Translations under genes and position numbers: made by a program
Shown here: piece after piece, positions 1-10,865 of the stretch
Layout: each line of letters starts with the position of its first letter
How positions within the stretch are numbered: position 1 is the stretch's first letter
Source of the DNA: a bacterium
GTDB lineage: Bacteria; UBA8248
NCBI GenBank assembly: GCA_965200245.1
Contig: CBDATS010000004.1
Coordinates: 480,001-544,000, forward strand
DNA: 64,000 nucleotides
Direction: 5' to 3'
The notes under the pieces: generated by a model
Seen by the model: the letters and a program-made list of their open reading frames with translations, nothing else
What the model was told of the DNA's origin: nothing
Database searches by the model: none

Positions 1-89
1 AACGAGATGAAAGAAATCCCCTATTCGGGGTCTACGAAAGCGCGGAGTCTAGCAGAATAGCGCGAATAAGTCTCACAATTCCGGGAACC

Positions 90-860
90 CTACCAATCCC
101 AGAACAGGGTATACGCCCTGCCAGTGACGGGCGCGGTTTCACGCCATTCCAGACAGGTCTGACCGGTCTCGTTCAAAATGCGGGGGTAGACGCGGCGTTT
201 GTTAAAACTGTTCGACGCCCCCTGAGATTCCTCGCGTCGCACGCCCACGATCTTGCGGCCGGAAGGTATCAGCACTTCCAAATGAAACTCGTCTGTGGGG
301 TATTCGACTACGAGGGTGACCCACTCATTTCGCGAGGTGAACGAATCGCGCAGGTGCAGTTCGTGATGAAGCTCGAAGGTCGCGCCCTCGGGAATCGGCT
401 CGGTCAAGGGCAGGTGCGCGGAATAATCCGCCCCCCTCTCACTATTGATGCGATACTCCAAGAGTGTCCAAGGCACCTCGGCAGCACCCTCTTCGATGAG
501 GCGGTAGGAATAGGCCGCCTCCCGGTCGCCGCTGCCCGTATGATAGCGCGTGCGGATGCACGGCATCTCCCTGTTCGCGAGACAGTGGCGTACGCTCTCC
601 ATGCGCGCGGCGCGGCCCACGATGTCTTCAATCGTATAGGTGCGGGCATGGAGCAGGACACGGTAGTCGAACTCATCGTTTCCTTCACGCGCAGACTGAG
701 GTGCGGTGACACTGGCACGGGTTGTATACTCCAGACGCCGCAAGTTCGCCTCAAGCGTATCAAGCCTTTTGGCAAACTCCTCAAGACGCCTCGAAACTAT
801 AGAATCACCACTGGCCGGCTCTTCGGGCGGGCCGCCGGTTTCGGGGTGTTCAGCCACCAT
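90..860 (-). CDS. hypothetical protein (short coiled coil plus beta-rich C-terminal domain)
   Basis: ORF 90..1055; ATG at 860 preceded by a GAGGG RBS; protein-like composition from MVAEH onward; family not recognised. Confidence 0.65.
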   Translation of the reverse strand: MVAEHPETGGPPEEPASGDSIVSRRLEEFAKRLDTLEANLRRLEYTTRASVTAPQSAREGNDEFDYRVLLHARTYTIEDIVGRAARMESVRHCLANREMPCIRTRYHTGSGDREAAYSYRLIEEGAAEVPWTLLEYRINSERGADYSAHLPLTEPIPEGATFELHHELHLRDSFTSRNEWVTLVVEYPTDEFHLEVLIPSGRKIVGVRREESQGASNSFNKRRVYPRILNETGQTCLEWRETAPVTGRAYTLFWDW

Positions 861-1209
861 GTTCGTGCATCCCTCGCGTCGCGCCGATGCGGCGCATTTT
901 CCCGCATTTGCTACGCTTCCAAGAAATGGAACCAAAAGTATACCAACATACCGGGCGCATGGGCAAGGAGCACCCTGCGATGTCTGATCAGCAGTCGATT
1001 GCGATCTTTTCCCTGGCCGGAACAGGTCGTTGACCTCGCGTGACGCAACCGGCACGGACCGATTCCTTGTCGAGCGTCATCAACCTCATGAACGGACAGC
1101 TACGCCGTTCGCATCTCGTTTCACCCGCTGGCCAAAACTGAACAAACCGATAAATGTCGATAGATTCACGATGTATTCGAAGAAAGAAATGGAGATTTAA
1201 ATTGCTGTA

Positions 1210-2364
1210 TCATACGGAATTAAGCCGTTGGCGGGAGTTTTCGACGGTCAGTCGGCGGGGGTCGGCCAACTGCCCGCACGCTGCCAGGATGTCGCTCCCC
1301 TTGCTGATGCGCGTGGTGGCCACCAGACCTGCAGCGAGAAGTATGCGACGGAATTCCTCGACACCCTCATCGTCTGGCCGCTCGAAGGCGACACCGGAGA
1401 AAGGATTCCAGGGAATGAGGTTCACCTTGCACTTGAGGCCCTCCAGGAGCCGCGAGAGAGCCCTTGCATCCCCTGTTGAATCGTTCACTCCTCGCAACAT
1501 GACGTATTCAAAGGTGATGCGACGGCGTTCGCCGATGGGCAGATTCCGGCATTCATCGACCAGTGCCCCGAGATTCCATTTACGGTTCACGGGCACGAGT
1601 TTCTCTCTGGTCGCATCGTTCGCCGCATGGAGCGATACCGCCAGACCCACGCCCGGAGCGGCGGAGACGAAATCCTTTAACCTCGAAACGACCCCGACAG
1701 TCGATACAGTAAGCCTCCTGGGACTGACACAGTTCGCCTGCGGGTGCGTGAGGATTCTCACAGCCTTCACGGTGGCGTCGAAATTATCGAGCGGCTCTCC
1801 CATGCCCATGAACACGATATTATGAAAGCGTTCTCCTTCGGCAAGGAGTCTTCTCGCTGCGAGAAACTGGCTGACGATTTCACTGACTTTCAACTGCCTG
1901 ACGAAACCCATTTTTGCCGTCAGGCAGAACGAACATCCCATAGCGCATCCCACCTGCGTGGAGATGCAAAGAGACCACCGCATGGCACCGTTTACGTATC
2001 TCATGGGTATCCGGACGCTTTCGATACGTGAGCCGTCGCGAAGCCGCCACACGTATTTCTCCGTCCCGTCTGCGCTTTTGCTCTCCTGGTCAAGCGTGAG
2101 GACTTCCAGGTGAACCGTTTCTGCCAGTTTCACCCTGAAATCCTTGGGGATGTTGGTCATCTGGGAGAATTCGCTCACGCCTTGATCGTAGAGCCAGGAG
2201 AATAACTGCCGGCCTCTGTATGGGGGCTCCCCCAACTCCTCGCACAGCGAAGCGAGTTCCTCATCATCCATGCCGACTAGATCGATAGGCTCGGAGTTCG
2301 GCAGCCAATCTGCCGGAGTTGCCACAAATTTTGATTTCACATCCTGTTTCATCAATGGACTCAT
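1210..2364 (-). CDS. rlmN: 23S rRNA/tRNA m2A methyltransferase RlmN (radical SAM)
   Basis: CISTQVGCAMGCSFC radical SAM motif, MGMGEP, C-terminal AACGQL. Confidence 0.95.
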   Translation of the reverse strand: MSPLMKQDVKSKFVATPADWLPNSEPIDLVGMDDEELASLCEELGEPPYRGRQLFSWLYDQGVSEFSQMTNIPKDFRVKLAETVHLEVLTLDQESKSADGTEKYVWRLRDGSRIESVRIPMRYVNGAMRWSLCISTQVGCAMGCSFCLTAKMGFVRQLKVSEIVSQFLAARRLLAEGERFHNIVFMGMGEPLDNFDATVKAVRILTHPQANCVSPRRLTVSTVGVVSRLKDFVSAAPGVGLAVSLHAANDATREKLVPVNRKWNLGALVDECRNLPIGERRRITFEYVMLRGVNDSTGDARALSRLLEGLKCKVNLIPWNPFSGVAFERPDDEGVEEFRRILLAAGLVATTRISKGSDILAACGQLADPRRLTVENSRQRLNSV

Positions 2365-2440
2365 GGTGTTATGGTTTGCCCGTTTTGCTTCCAGTTTGAA
2401 TCATATCATGGTTATTCATGCTTGGATGGAGAGCACCCAT

Positions 2441-3076
2441 ATGGCCATACGCGCGCTACTTTTAGACCATGACGGCACACTTGTCGACAGCTACGAGGGC
2501 ATCGCCAAATGCATGCGTCTCATGTGCCACGACATGGGCATGCCCGAAATGAGCGATTCGGAGATACTCGCGTCTATTGGCCCTACGCTCGAGCAAAGAT
2601 TCACCGAACTATGGGGAGAAGGCATGGCCGATGAGGCGGTTCGCATCTACCGTTCCCACTACAAGGTGCACAACCTCGGCGGCACACAAATCATACCCGG
2701 TGTGAAGAAAACCCTCGAAACCCTCGCGGGGCGGGGGATTCGGATGGCATGTGTTTCGAACAAGGCGTGGTTTTTCTGCAAGGAACAACTAGCGCACGTC
2801 GGGATCCTGCCCTACATGCAAGCGGTATTCGGCCACCGTCAGGGATATGCACCGAAACCGGACCCTGAAATGCTGTTCGCCGCCGTTGAATCGCTTGAAG
2901 TGAAACCGGAAGAAGTCGTGATGGTCGGAGATACGACGACGGATATTCAAGCCGCCAGAAACGCATCCATCCCGGCATGGATCATCAAGGGGAAATACTC
3001 CCGACATGATGAGATATTGCGATTAAACCCGGACAAATATCTGGACAGGATTGAAGAGGTGCTGGATTTCATATAA
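2441..3076 (+). CDS. HAD-superfamily hydrolase (phosphoglycolate phosphatase-like)
   Basis: DHDGTL motif I, SNK, KPDP, GDxxxD; ATG at 2441 after GGAG. Confidence 0.88.
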   Translation: MAIRALLLDHDGTLVDSYEGIAKCMRLMCHDMGMPEMSDSEILASIGPTLEQRFTELWGEGMADEAVRIYRSHYKVHNLGGTQIIPGVKKTLETLAGRGIRMACVSNKAWFFCKEQLAHVGILPYMQAVFGHRQGYAPKPDPEMLFAAVESLEVKPEEVVMVGDTTTDIQAARNASIPAWIIKGKYSRHDEILRLNPDKYLDRIEEVLDFI

Positions 3077-3698
3077 CCCGGAATCTTCCCGCTTGCGCTC
3101 TTGATGATGGTTGCCTGCCTTCAGCTTCGTTTGGCGAAAAGAGGCAAGTTTTGGGGCCACGCCGAGTCTTCCCGAATCGCATCATTTGCAGAAAAGATAT
3201 TTGTCCAGCCGGACCGTCACATGGTCTGAATGGATCTGGAAACATGCAACGGACGCCTGTTTCAACACGAGTTCCTTTCAGTTCTGGTGTAAGGGCCAAA
3301 TGGAAGAGGGCGGGACATTGTTCCTGGGATGGGGTTGCCGGAAGCCCGGTGATTCGGCAGAGAGGAGATGCGCCCCCATGGGAGTAGACACGATATTTTT
3401 TACGAATCAAGCCTTTCGGGACGAAGCGAGCGCAGCGAGAAGACGGCGCCGAGTCTCGGGCATTCACCCGCCAAGGGTGCCGAAAAACGATGGGGCTGCC
3501 CTAGCGGCTTGCATCGTCCGGCAAACGTGGCCGCCGATGCAAGGGGCATCAATGGAGTGGACGAAAAACAAGCGCGAACGAGGCTCACTGGATTCAGGGC
3601 GCTTGTACACCAGATTTGACTGCACTCTTCATCCTGAAATCACATTGCCAAACCAGACATGACTTCTATATTTTATCTAACAAAGATGCGCTCTGACC

Positions 3699-4475
3699 AT
3701 GACACATCGGAAACCCAACCAGACCGGATATGGAATGCCGACGAGAACTGCCTCACCCACGACCCAGAAGCGGAAAATCCTCAAGCTAGCGGATAGACTA
3801 TTATCCCGCTTCGGGCTGCCAAAGCGCATAAAGCAAGGAAATCTTCTGGACGCGCTGGTTGAAACCCTGCTCTCACAAAGCACGACCGATCATAACCGCG
3901 ATCTCGCGTTTGATTCCTTGAAAAAAACTTTCACCGACTGGGATGAAATCGCCGACGCTCCCCAAGAATCGCTTGCCCGTGCAATTCGTTCGGCTGGTTT
4001 GGGGAATCAAAAAGCCGGGAGAATCCGGGATTTCCTAAGATGGCTTCACGAGGATCGTGATGAACTGTGCCTGGAATTCCTGCATCATGAAACAGATGAT
4101 TTCGCCGTGCACTACCTTACCCAGCACAAAGGCATCGGTGTCAAAACCGCTTATGTCACCTTGATGCTGGCTTCAAACCGGGATTTGTTTCCCATTGATG
4201 TCCATATACACCGAATCATGATTCGCCTCGGTATCATTCCCGAGAAAATCACGCCCGAAAAGTCTCATTCCGTTCTTTCGCCACTCATTCCCAAAGGCCG
4301 TGCTCATGAATTACACATGAACATGCTGAGCTTTGGTCGAACCATATGCACCGCCAGAAACCCGAAATGCTCCATCTGCGACTTGAGGCGAATGTGCCTC
4401 TACTATAAAGACAATAAACTGGGCAAATCCAAAGACGGAGAAACTCATCTTTCGCAAAAGCAAGCCAGCCCATGA
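3699..4475 (+). CDS. endonuclease III-family HhH-GPD DNA glycosylase
   Basis: LSQSTTD, GIGVKTA HhH motif, PIDVH, CxxxxxxCxxCxxxxxC 4Fe-4S motif; start may be 3735. Confidence 0.88.
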   Translation: MTHRKPNQTGYGMPTRTASPTTQKRKILKLADRLLSRFGLPKRIKQGNLLDALVETLLSQSTTDHNRDLAFDSLKKTFTDWDEIADAPQESLARAIRSAGLGNQKAGRIRDFLRWLHEDRDELCLEFLHHETDDFAVHYLTQHKGIGVKTAYVTLMLASNRDLFPIDVHIHRIMIRLGIIPEKITPEKSHSVLSPLIPKGRAHELHMNMLSFGRTICTARNPKCSICDLRRMCLYYKDNKLGKSKDGETHLSQKQASP

Positions 4476-5368
4476 ATTGGATCCAATGGATTGGCCCGGG
4501 CGAACTCCTGGCCATCGCATCCTCTATCACATTTTCCGTAGCGCAAACTTTTCTCAGACAGGGAATGAGAAGCGTATCACCACTGGCCACCGCTCTCATC
4601 ATCAATGGAATCGTAAGCCTGGGGGGTCTTACGATATCCCTCCTGAACGGCGCGCTTCTTGCGTCGAAGGCAGAAGCAATTTTCTGGTACGCCGCCGTAG
4701 GCGCGACGGGTCCAACCATCGGAAGATATTGCTACCTGGTGGGCGTCTCTCGGATAGGGCTCAGCCGTACCGTGCCCATATCATCCGCGGCTCCTATTTG
4801 GGGAACCCTTTTCGCAATCCTGCTTTTGGGGGAAACGCCGACGGCCCTCGTCGTCATCGGTACCCTCGGGATCGTCATCGGCGTATCCATTCTCGGCATA
4901 CAGGACGATAAATCACAATCTTTCAAAAGCTGGTTTCATGGCGCGCTGATATTTCCGCTTACAGCATCACTTGCCTATGCGGCTGCGCCCATTTTCGCGA
5001 AACTCGCCTATGCGCATCAAATGACACCCAGTGTCGGCATGGCCGTATCTTTCGCCACGGCCAATTGCCTTCTTCTTGTTTCCCGGCCGATTCTACCTGG
5101 TCAAACCGATATCCGTGGAGAGAAAAGAGGCCTCATATGGGTAGGGGGTGCAGGAATCATCGGTATTTCCAGTTCCTACATGCTTTGGACGGCCTTCACG
5201 ATGGCGAGCGTATCCACTGCTCTGCCCCTGAGTCGAATCGCCCCGATTTGGGTATTGATACTGAGCTATTTTTTCCTGGGAAAACTCGAAACGATCAACC
5301 GCAAAACAGTTTTGGCGACGTTTTGCGTCGTCGCAGGCGGAGTGTTGATCACTGCCTTCAGAAACTAA
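4472..5368 (+). CDS. EamA/DMT-family transporter
   Basis: about ten hydrophobic segments in two repeats, LLGE motif; ATGA overlap with the upstream gene. Confidence 0.85.
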   Translation: MNWIQWIGPGELLAIASSITFSVAQTFLRQGMRSVSPLATALIINGIVSLGGLTISLLNGALLASKAEAIFWYAAVGATGPTIGRYCYLVGVSRIGLSRTVPISSAAPIWGTLFAILLLGETPTALVVIGTLGIVIGVSILGIQDDKSQSFKSWFHGALIFPLTASLAYAAAPIFAKLAYAHQMTPSVGMAVSFATANCLLLVSRPILPGQTDIRGEKRGLIWVGGAGIIGISSSYMLWTAFTMASVSTALPLSRIAPIWVLILSYFFLGKLETINRKTVLATFCVVAGGVLITAFRN

Positions 5369-5428
5369 CCCGCAAAAAGCGCGCCAAATTCCGAATTCCC
5401 CGGCCGGGTTTTCCTCTTGCGCAAGCCG

Positions 5429-6676
5429 CTATCTTCCCGCCGCCGCCTCGGCGACACGAGGGGAATAAATGAGATCATCCACCTGGGGCGGATCCTCGAG
5501 GAAACCTGCCGCTTTCAGTGTCAAAACATCGTTCGTGCCGTCTGAGTGCAGGAAGCTCAGGGCATCACGCATGAGTTTCTCGATGGGATTTTTCCGCATG
5601 TACCCCGCCGCTCCCCAAAGTTCCATCGCCTCCTGGCAAACCTGTACGGCGGACTCGGATGCGAACACCTTGCTCAGCATCGCATTTTTCCGGTCCATCT
5701 CCTCAAGTTGGGTGGACCATGCCGTACGCCACAAATAAGCACGAGAGGCTTCTATTTTCATGGCCATCCGTGCAAGTCTGATTTGCTGAAGCTGATGATC
5801 GAGTAAAGGCACGCTGCCCTGGATTCTGGCATGCGCATATTGCAAGGAAAGGTCATATGCACGTTGGGCTACCCCCAGAACGGTGGCACCCGCCTGGATG
5901 TTGCTCCCGTGCCTGATGAACAAATTCGCCAAAGCCGGCAGAGCTTGCCCCACTTCCCCGATTTGATCTTCCGCCGGAACTTCCACGTCGTGAAACTCCA
6001 GCGTGCCGTTCTGAACACATCGCTGGCCGAGTTTGTCCCAAACTTCCGTTACTGCAAAACCCTTGGCGTCTGAGGGAACCAAAAAGGCCGTAAGACTGTT
6101 CATCATCGGATTGTCCTTATCCGTCCTCGCAGCGATTTGATAGACTTTGGCGAGACCTCCATTGGAGATATACCGTTTCGCTCCGTTCAACACCCAGCGG
6201 TCTCCCTTTTTTTCCGCATACGTCTGTATTCCGGCCCCAGGCTGCTGATTCGGCCAGACGTTGTCGCTTCCCGCCATGGGCTCTGTCCAGGCCGTCGCCA
6301 GAATACACTCGTCATCATCCATTATTTTGGGAAGCCATCGGCTTTTCTGATCATCGTTCGCTATGTTCGCAATCGACGTCATGATCTTCCACGTCTGATC
6401 AAACGCGACGGCGAGCCCCAGATCCCCATATGCCAGTGTCTCACCCACGATGGCGCAAGAAAGCACATTGGCACCTTCGCCGCCATATTCCTTCGGGACG
6501 GTAAGCGTCCTGAGGCCACGCCTCGATCCTTCCCTGATGACTTCCCAGTTAAAGGACTCTTCGGGATTCTCAATGCGATCCGCGACCTCCGCGGCGGGGA
6601 TCATGACTTCGGTAGCAAATCTTTTCGCAATATCTCTGAGTTCCATTTGCCGGGGGGTGAGCTGGAAATCGACCAT
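5429..6676 (-). CDS. acyl-CoA dehydrogenase family protein
   Basis: TEPxAGSD, LNGAKRYISNG, KLGQR, GAAGY...EKLMRDA. Confidence 0.92.
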   Translation of the reverse strand: MVDFQLTPRQMELRDIAKRFATEVMIPAAEVADRIENPEESFNWEVIREGSRRGLRTLTVPKEYGGEGANVLSCAIVGETLAYGDLGLAVAFDQTWKIMTSIANIANDDQKSRWLPKIMDDDECILATAWTEPMAGSDNVWPNQQPGAGIQTYAEKKGDRWVLNGAKRYISNGGLAKVYQIAARTDKDNPMMNSLTAFLVPSDAKGFAVTEVWDKLGQRCVQNGTLEFHDVEVPAEDQIGEVGQALPALANLFIRHGSNIQAGATVLGVAQRAYDLSLQYAHARIQGSVPLLDHQLQQIRLARMAMKIEASRAYLWRTAWSTQLEEMDRKNAMLSKVFASESAVQVCQEAMELWGAAGYMRKNPIEKLMRDALSFLHSDGTNDVLTLKAAGFLEDPPQVDDLIYSPRVAEAAAGR

Positions 6677-6802
6677 CTGCTTTATCCTCCAAGAGAAGAA
6701 TCGTCATGGCGATTCTGACGCTATGAATTCATGGCAAACATCATGCCAGAAAGTCCCGCAGTTGCTGCTTCGCTCTTCCAGTTCCCAGGATATGAGCGCA
6801 TT

Positions 6803-7201
6803 TTAATTGGCGGACGGATTCTCGCACAACTCGATGCGGATATTTCCAGGTCCCCGGACGTAGGCGATCATCCGTCCGCCAATGCCGCGGCGCACGGGCT
6901 CGACCATAATCTCCGCGCCTCTTTCTCTCAGCCATTCAACGGCGGCTTCTACATCCGGCACACCGAATCCAAAATGATCCAAACCCTGAACCAGTTCCGG
7001 CTCTACGGAATCGGGCATCTCTTCCGGCCTGATACCGCGTGCGAATATCATCAAGCGGCCAATCCGAATCGCTGCATTGGGCGAACCCTTGAAGTCTTCG
7101 TCGTAGCGGACGATTTCCGCGTCGAAGATGTCTCGAAAATAATCGGCAAACGCCTTCACATCCCTACACACATAGTGAATATGATCAAAACCGAATTCCA
7201 T
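6803..7201 (-). CDS. VOC/glyoxalase family protein
   Basis: FDHIHY, LDHFGFGV, GPGNIRIEL motifs. Confidence 0.85.
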   Translation of the reverse strand: MEFGFDHIHYVCRDVKAFADYFRDIFDAEIVRYDEDFKGSPNAAIRIGRLMIFARGIRPEEMPDSVEPELVQGLDHFGFGVPDVEAAVEWLRERGAEIMVEPVRRGIGGRMIAYVRGPGNIRIELCENPSAN

Positions 7202-7221
7202 GACACTCCTCAACAATGAGA

Positions 7222-8931
7222 TTACGGTGTGATGATGATCGGCGAATCCTCAGAATCGGTTTCTTCTGAAACACCGCCATCCTCGATATCATTTTCTCGT
7301 ATTTCCCCATCCTCACCCTGCGATTCGCGGATTTGGCGAATCACCCTTTCCAGCATCACGTTGATGGAATACTGAACCATTTCGAGAAATAACGTGGCAG
7401 GTTCATTCGAATCCACCTGTACTTCATCAGCCAACGTCACACATTCACGGGCCATGGCTTCATCGCCCGCTCGATAAAAAATATATCCGTTGTCCTCCAG
7501 TTGGCCCGCAATACGTTCCCGCAGTGCCGTATCCCGAAATATATCTTTCGCGCCGTTTTCCACGATTTGCAAGAGACGCTCTTTTTTCTGTCTTTCATCC
7601 AGAGCCACCTGACTTTCCATGGACTCGAAAAATTCCTGAAAATACGGCGCCACGCGCTCTTCATCCATCACCCAACCCCAAAAAGGCCGATGCGCGAACA
7701 TCGTACGCACCTCCAACCTGCTCTCGCCTTCCTCAAGAGGATTCACAATCGCGCGGACGGGATGTGGCCCCTCCAAGGGAAACGCATCGACCTCCGCCAA
7801 GGGATCGAGCATGAGTTTCGCATGCGTATAACCACGTGGCAGAGGCGTTTCCGCCTCCTCGTTTTCGCGCTGACCGCGTTCAAGAAGCCAAATGGCATAC
7901 CCGGCGGGCACCTCATACGAAGCCAAGCTGGGAATTTCCTCAATCCGCCGGAAAACATCGCGTAATTCCTTTGCGCTCATTTCCATATCGTTGAACTCGA
8001 CAATGCCCCGGCCCCGATGCAACCGCGCCTGTACTAGATACCTTCCCCGGGGAACCCGGGAACGAGCGAGCCACAAAAGCATCTGTCCACGACCATCCAC
8101 GGCGCTCGCCACTGCATGAACATAATCAGGATAACCGGCCCTCTGGGCAGTGCGAACCCCCGTATCAGGCGATTTTTCAATTTCCACGCCTTTGTTTTTC
8201 AGCCGAAACAGCGCTTTGCGAATTCGTGACGATGTATCTTTGTCTTTCGTGGATTCCGAGAGTTTTCGAAGCGCAATCGCGGCATCTTGCGTAGCCACCT
8301 CCGCGAGGAACTGAATGAAAAATGCAGGCGGCGACGAGCCTTCCCGGAACATCGCTTCAGCCAAGAGGAGCGAGTTTTTTTTCGAGACCCCATCCGTACC
8401 ATCCAAACCGTCACGCAAAACGACTTCCTGCAAAAAAGAAGGTAGGTCATTCAATGACGATACGATAGACTTCGCGGTATCAACCGCGAGAAGGGCATTC
8501 CCGCTGAGTTGCCCGGCAACATCCCGGGCCCGGCGTAAATTTTCCCCATCGAAACCCGCTGGCAATTCTACTTGCGAATCCAACGTCCGAAGCGTCTCGA
8601 AGAGCACCGTGAGCCCCGGTATCGACCAACGCATCGTCCGAACAAGAGAAACAAGCCTCTGAACGACGTATGGATCGTTCAGTTCGCGCAGAGCAAGAAG
8701 CGTGGGAATACGCCCCTCCGGCGTAGTGGAGGAGAGGTGATGCAATACACCAGCGAGCCCGACCTCCCGCATTTCCCTGATTTCATCCAGAAGAGGGGCA
8801 GGCGCCATGGCTCCCGGCGGAGGCGGCACGGTGAACGACGCTTCAAGGCCTGCCGCTATGGCGACAGCCCGGTTTAAATCTTCCTTAAAAAAAGTTTTTT
8901 TCGAGGCCTTTACCCTCGTTTTCTTCGCCAA
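7222..8931 (-). CDS. conserved hypothetical protein (helical, HEAT-like N-terminal region, acidic tail)
   Basis: 569-aa ORF, TTG start after an AGGAG RBS; no recognisable catalytic motif. Confidence 0.7.
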   Translation of the reverse strand: MAKKTRVKASKKTFFKEDLNRAVAIAAGLEASFTVPPPPGAMAPAPLLDEIREMREVGLAGVLHHLSSTTPEGRIPTLLALRELNDPYVVQRLVSLVRTMRWSIPGLTVLFETLRTLDSQVELPAGFDGENLRRARDVAGQLSGNALLAVDTAKSIVSSLNDLPSFLQEVVLRDGLDGTDGVSKKNSLLLAEAMFREGSSPPAFFIQFLAEVATQDAAIALRKLSESTKDKDTSSRIRKALFRLKNKGVEIEKSPDTGVRTAQRAGYPDYVHAVASAVDGRGQMLLWLARSRVPRGRYLVQARLHRGRGIVEFNDMEMSAKELRDVFRRIEEIPSLASYEVPAGYAIWLLERGQRENEEAETPLPRGYTHAKLMLDPLAEVDAFPLEGPHPVRAIVNPLEEGESRLEVRTMFAHRPFWGWVMDEERVAPYFQEFFESMESQVALDERQKKERLLQIVENGAKDIFRDTALRERIAGQLEDNGYIFYRAGDEAMARECVTLADEVQVDSNEPATLFLEMVQYSINVMLERVIRQIRESQGEDGEIRENDIEDGGVSEETDSEDSPIIITP

Positions 8932-9091
8932 AACGGTTTCTCCTGAAAAGATGTCTCAAATCACGGATCATCAGCGGGCACGATACTTACTGTCAAGACG
9001 AAGGAAGAAAGCGCCCTTTTTGTCCTGTCGCTTTTGCCAATCGCTACGCACACATGCCACAATCACCGGAATTTCGCCTCCAGGAGATAAT

Positions 9092-10099
9092 GTGACTTTT
9101 CGGTTCGCCCATTGTGGTGATTTTCATCTCGGCTATGACTTCGGCTACCTACCGCCTCGCAAAGCCGCGGCGCGACAAGCCGATATCCGCATAGCGTTTT
9201 TCCGATCCGTTCGAGAAGCTCTGAAATGGGGCGCGCAGGTTTTCCTCATTTCAGGGGATCTGTTCGATTCCCCGCATCCAAGCAACCGTGACGTCGAAAT
9301 CGTCTCGAAAAACCTCTCGCATCTGTCCAAAAAAGGGGTGCATTGTTTCGCCATTCCCGGCAATCATGATCCAATGCAATCAAATTCCGTGTGGAACCAG
9401 CCTGAAATTCTGAATAACATCCATCTTTTCCATAGCGCCCCCGATGCCGGGCTGGCGCAGGCGAAGATCGCCGAACTCAATCTTACGATCGCTGGAATCC
9501 CGTGGGACACCAAAGACGCCTTCAAACCACCTTTACAGGAAATCCTCACGCGCAAACTCCAATTGCTCGACAGATCCATCCTGCTTTTGCATGGCTCGGA
9601 AAACGCTCTCGCCTCGGAACACCCTGCATTCAAGGAACATCCGTTCGCAGCCAATGATTTGAAGCGCCTGCCCTTCGGGTATGTGGCCATCGGCCACTAC
9701 CACAAGCCCATGGACGTCGCAAAATGGAGCGGCGGGGGCGCATGCTACTGTGGTTCGCCTGAAGGATTGCGTTTCAGCGATCACAATCTGGGGGATCGCT
9801 CCATCGTTTTGGGAGAAATGAACGAGCGAGGCTCTCTGACTCAACTCAGGCGGAAAACCATCAACGCGCGTACCATGAAAACGCTTTCTTATTCCACAGG
9901 CGATGGAACTACGGCAGACGACTGGTTTCGGGCTATTGACGACATGAGAGATCCGAATACCCTGTTGCGCGTGCGCGTCCCCAAACAAAACGGCGACAAG
10001 CAAAGACGGGCGGAAATTCTCTTGTCCGCCCTAAGTCATGATTTTTTCTATCTGGAAATCATTTGGGAATCCCCTGGTGAGCAAGAACACCTGGTGTGA
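9092..10099 (+). CDS. SbcD/Mre11-like metallophosphoesterase (DNA repair exonuclease)
   Basis: DFHLG, GDLFD, GNHD, GHYH, GSPE motifs; GTG at 9092 after CAGGAG. Confidence 0.88.
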   Translation: MTFRFAHCGDFHLGYDFGYLPPRKAAARQADIRIAFFRSVREALKWGAQVFLISGDLFDSPHPSNRDVEIVSKNLSHLSKKGVHCFAIPGNHDPMQSNSVWNQPEILNNIHLFHSAPDAGLAQAKIAELNLTIAGIPWDTKDAFKPPLQEILTRKLQLLDRSILLLHGSENALASEHPAFKEHPFAANDLKRLPFGYVAIGHYHKPMDVAKWSGGGACYCGSPEGLRFSDHNLGDRSIVLGEMNERGSLTQLRRKTINARTMKTLSYSTGDGTTADDWFRAIDDMRDPNTLLRVRVPKQNGDKQRRAEILLSALSHDFFYLEIIWESPGEQEHLV

Positions 10100-10865
10100 C
10101 GTCGCTTTCTCTCATCCGGAAATCCCCGTCAGACTCAGGGACGCATATCGGGCGCAAGCCGTTAATGCACAAGACATCGTGTGCGTCGTGATTGATGTCC
10201 TGAGAGCCACGACGAACATCGCCACCATCCTTGAGAATGGATGTCACGCGATTCATCCGTGCGCCTCTCCTGAAACGGCGCTTTTGTTGGCTCAAAAGCT
10301 GCGGTTTCGCCACGGTTCCGAAAAAATCATCCTGGGCGGAGAGCAAGACGGCAAACCCATTGAAGGATTTGACGGGGGAAACTCTCCACTCGAATACACG
10401 CGGCGAAGAATCAGCGGTAAAACCCTGATACTCTCAACAAGCAACGGCACCAAAACACTCGCTGCCGTAAAAAACTGCGGGGAAATTTTCACCGCCGCTT
10501 TCGTGAACATCACCGCAACCGCCGAGCGCATTGCTTCTACTCTGGATACAAATCCGAACAAATCACTCCTGATCGCCTGCTCGGGTCGCGAGGGCGCGTA
10601 TTGCGAAGAAGACACCGTAGGAGCGGGCATGCTCCTGCATATTTTGTCCAAAAATGCAGGGAAGCTGGAATTGTCCGACACTGCTCGTGCGACCTTGCAC
10701 ATCGCTCACGGGGCTGCAGAAAACCTGGAGAAGATGCTTTTTCACACTTTGTGGGGCAGACACTTATCGTCTCTGGGGCTTGATGAGGACATATCTTTCT
10801 GTGCCCGGAAAGACATCACAAGGGTCGTCCCGAAACTGGAGGACGGAGTAATCAGGATTCCTTAA
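10077..10865 (+). CDS. comB: 2-phosphosulfolactate phosphatase (ComB family)
   Basis: VIDVLRATT, GNSP, STSNGT, EEDxxGAG; start uncertain. Confidence 0.85.
   Translation: MSKNTWCDVAFSHPEIPVRLRDAYRAQAVNAQDIVCVVIDVLRATTNIATILENGCHAIHPCASPETALLLAQKLRFRHGSEKIILGGEQDGKPIEGFDGGNSPLEYTRRRISGKTLILSTSNGTKTLAAVKNCGEIFTAAFVNITATAERIASTLDTNPNKSLLIACSGREGAYCEEDTVGAGMLLHILSKNAGKLELSDTARATLHIAHGAAENLEKMLFHTLWGRHLSSLGLDEDISFCARKDITRVVPKLEDGVIRIP

Noticed and set aside
1-60. possible 3' end of a plus-strand gene (NEMKEIPYSGSTKARSLAE*)
   Set aside because: Too short to identify.
3111-3662. 183-aa ORF in the HAD-nth gap
   Set aside because: No RBS or motif and atypical composition; treated as non-coding.
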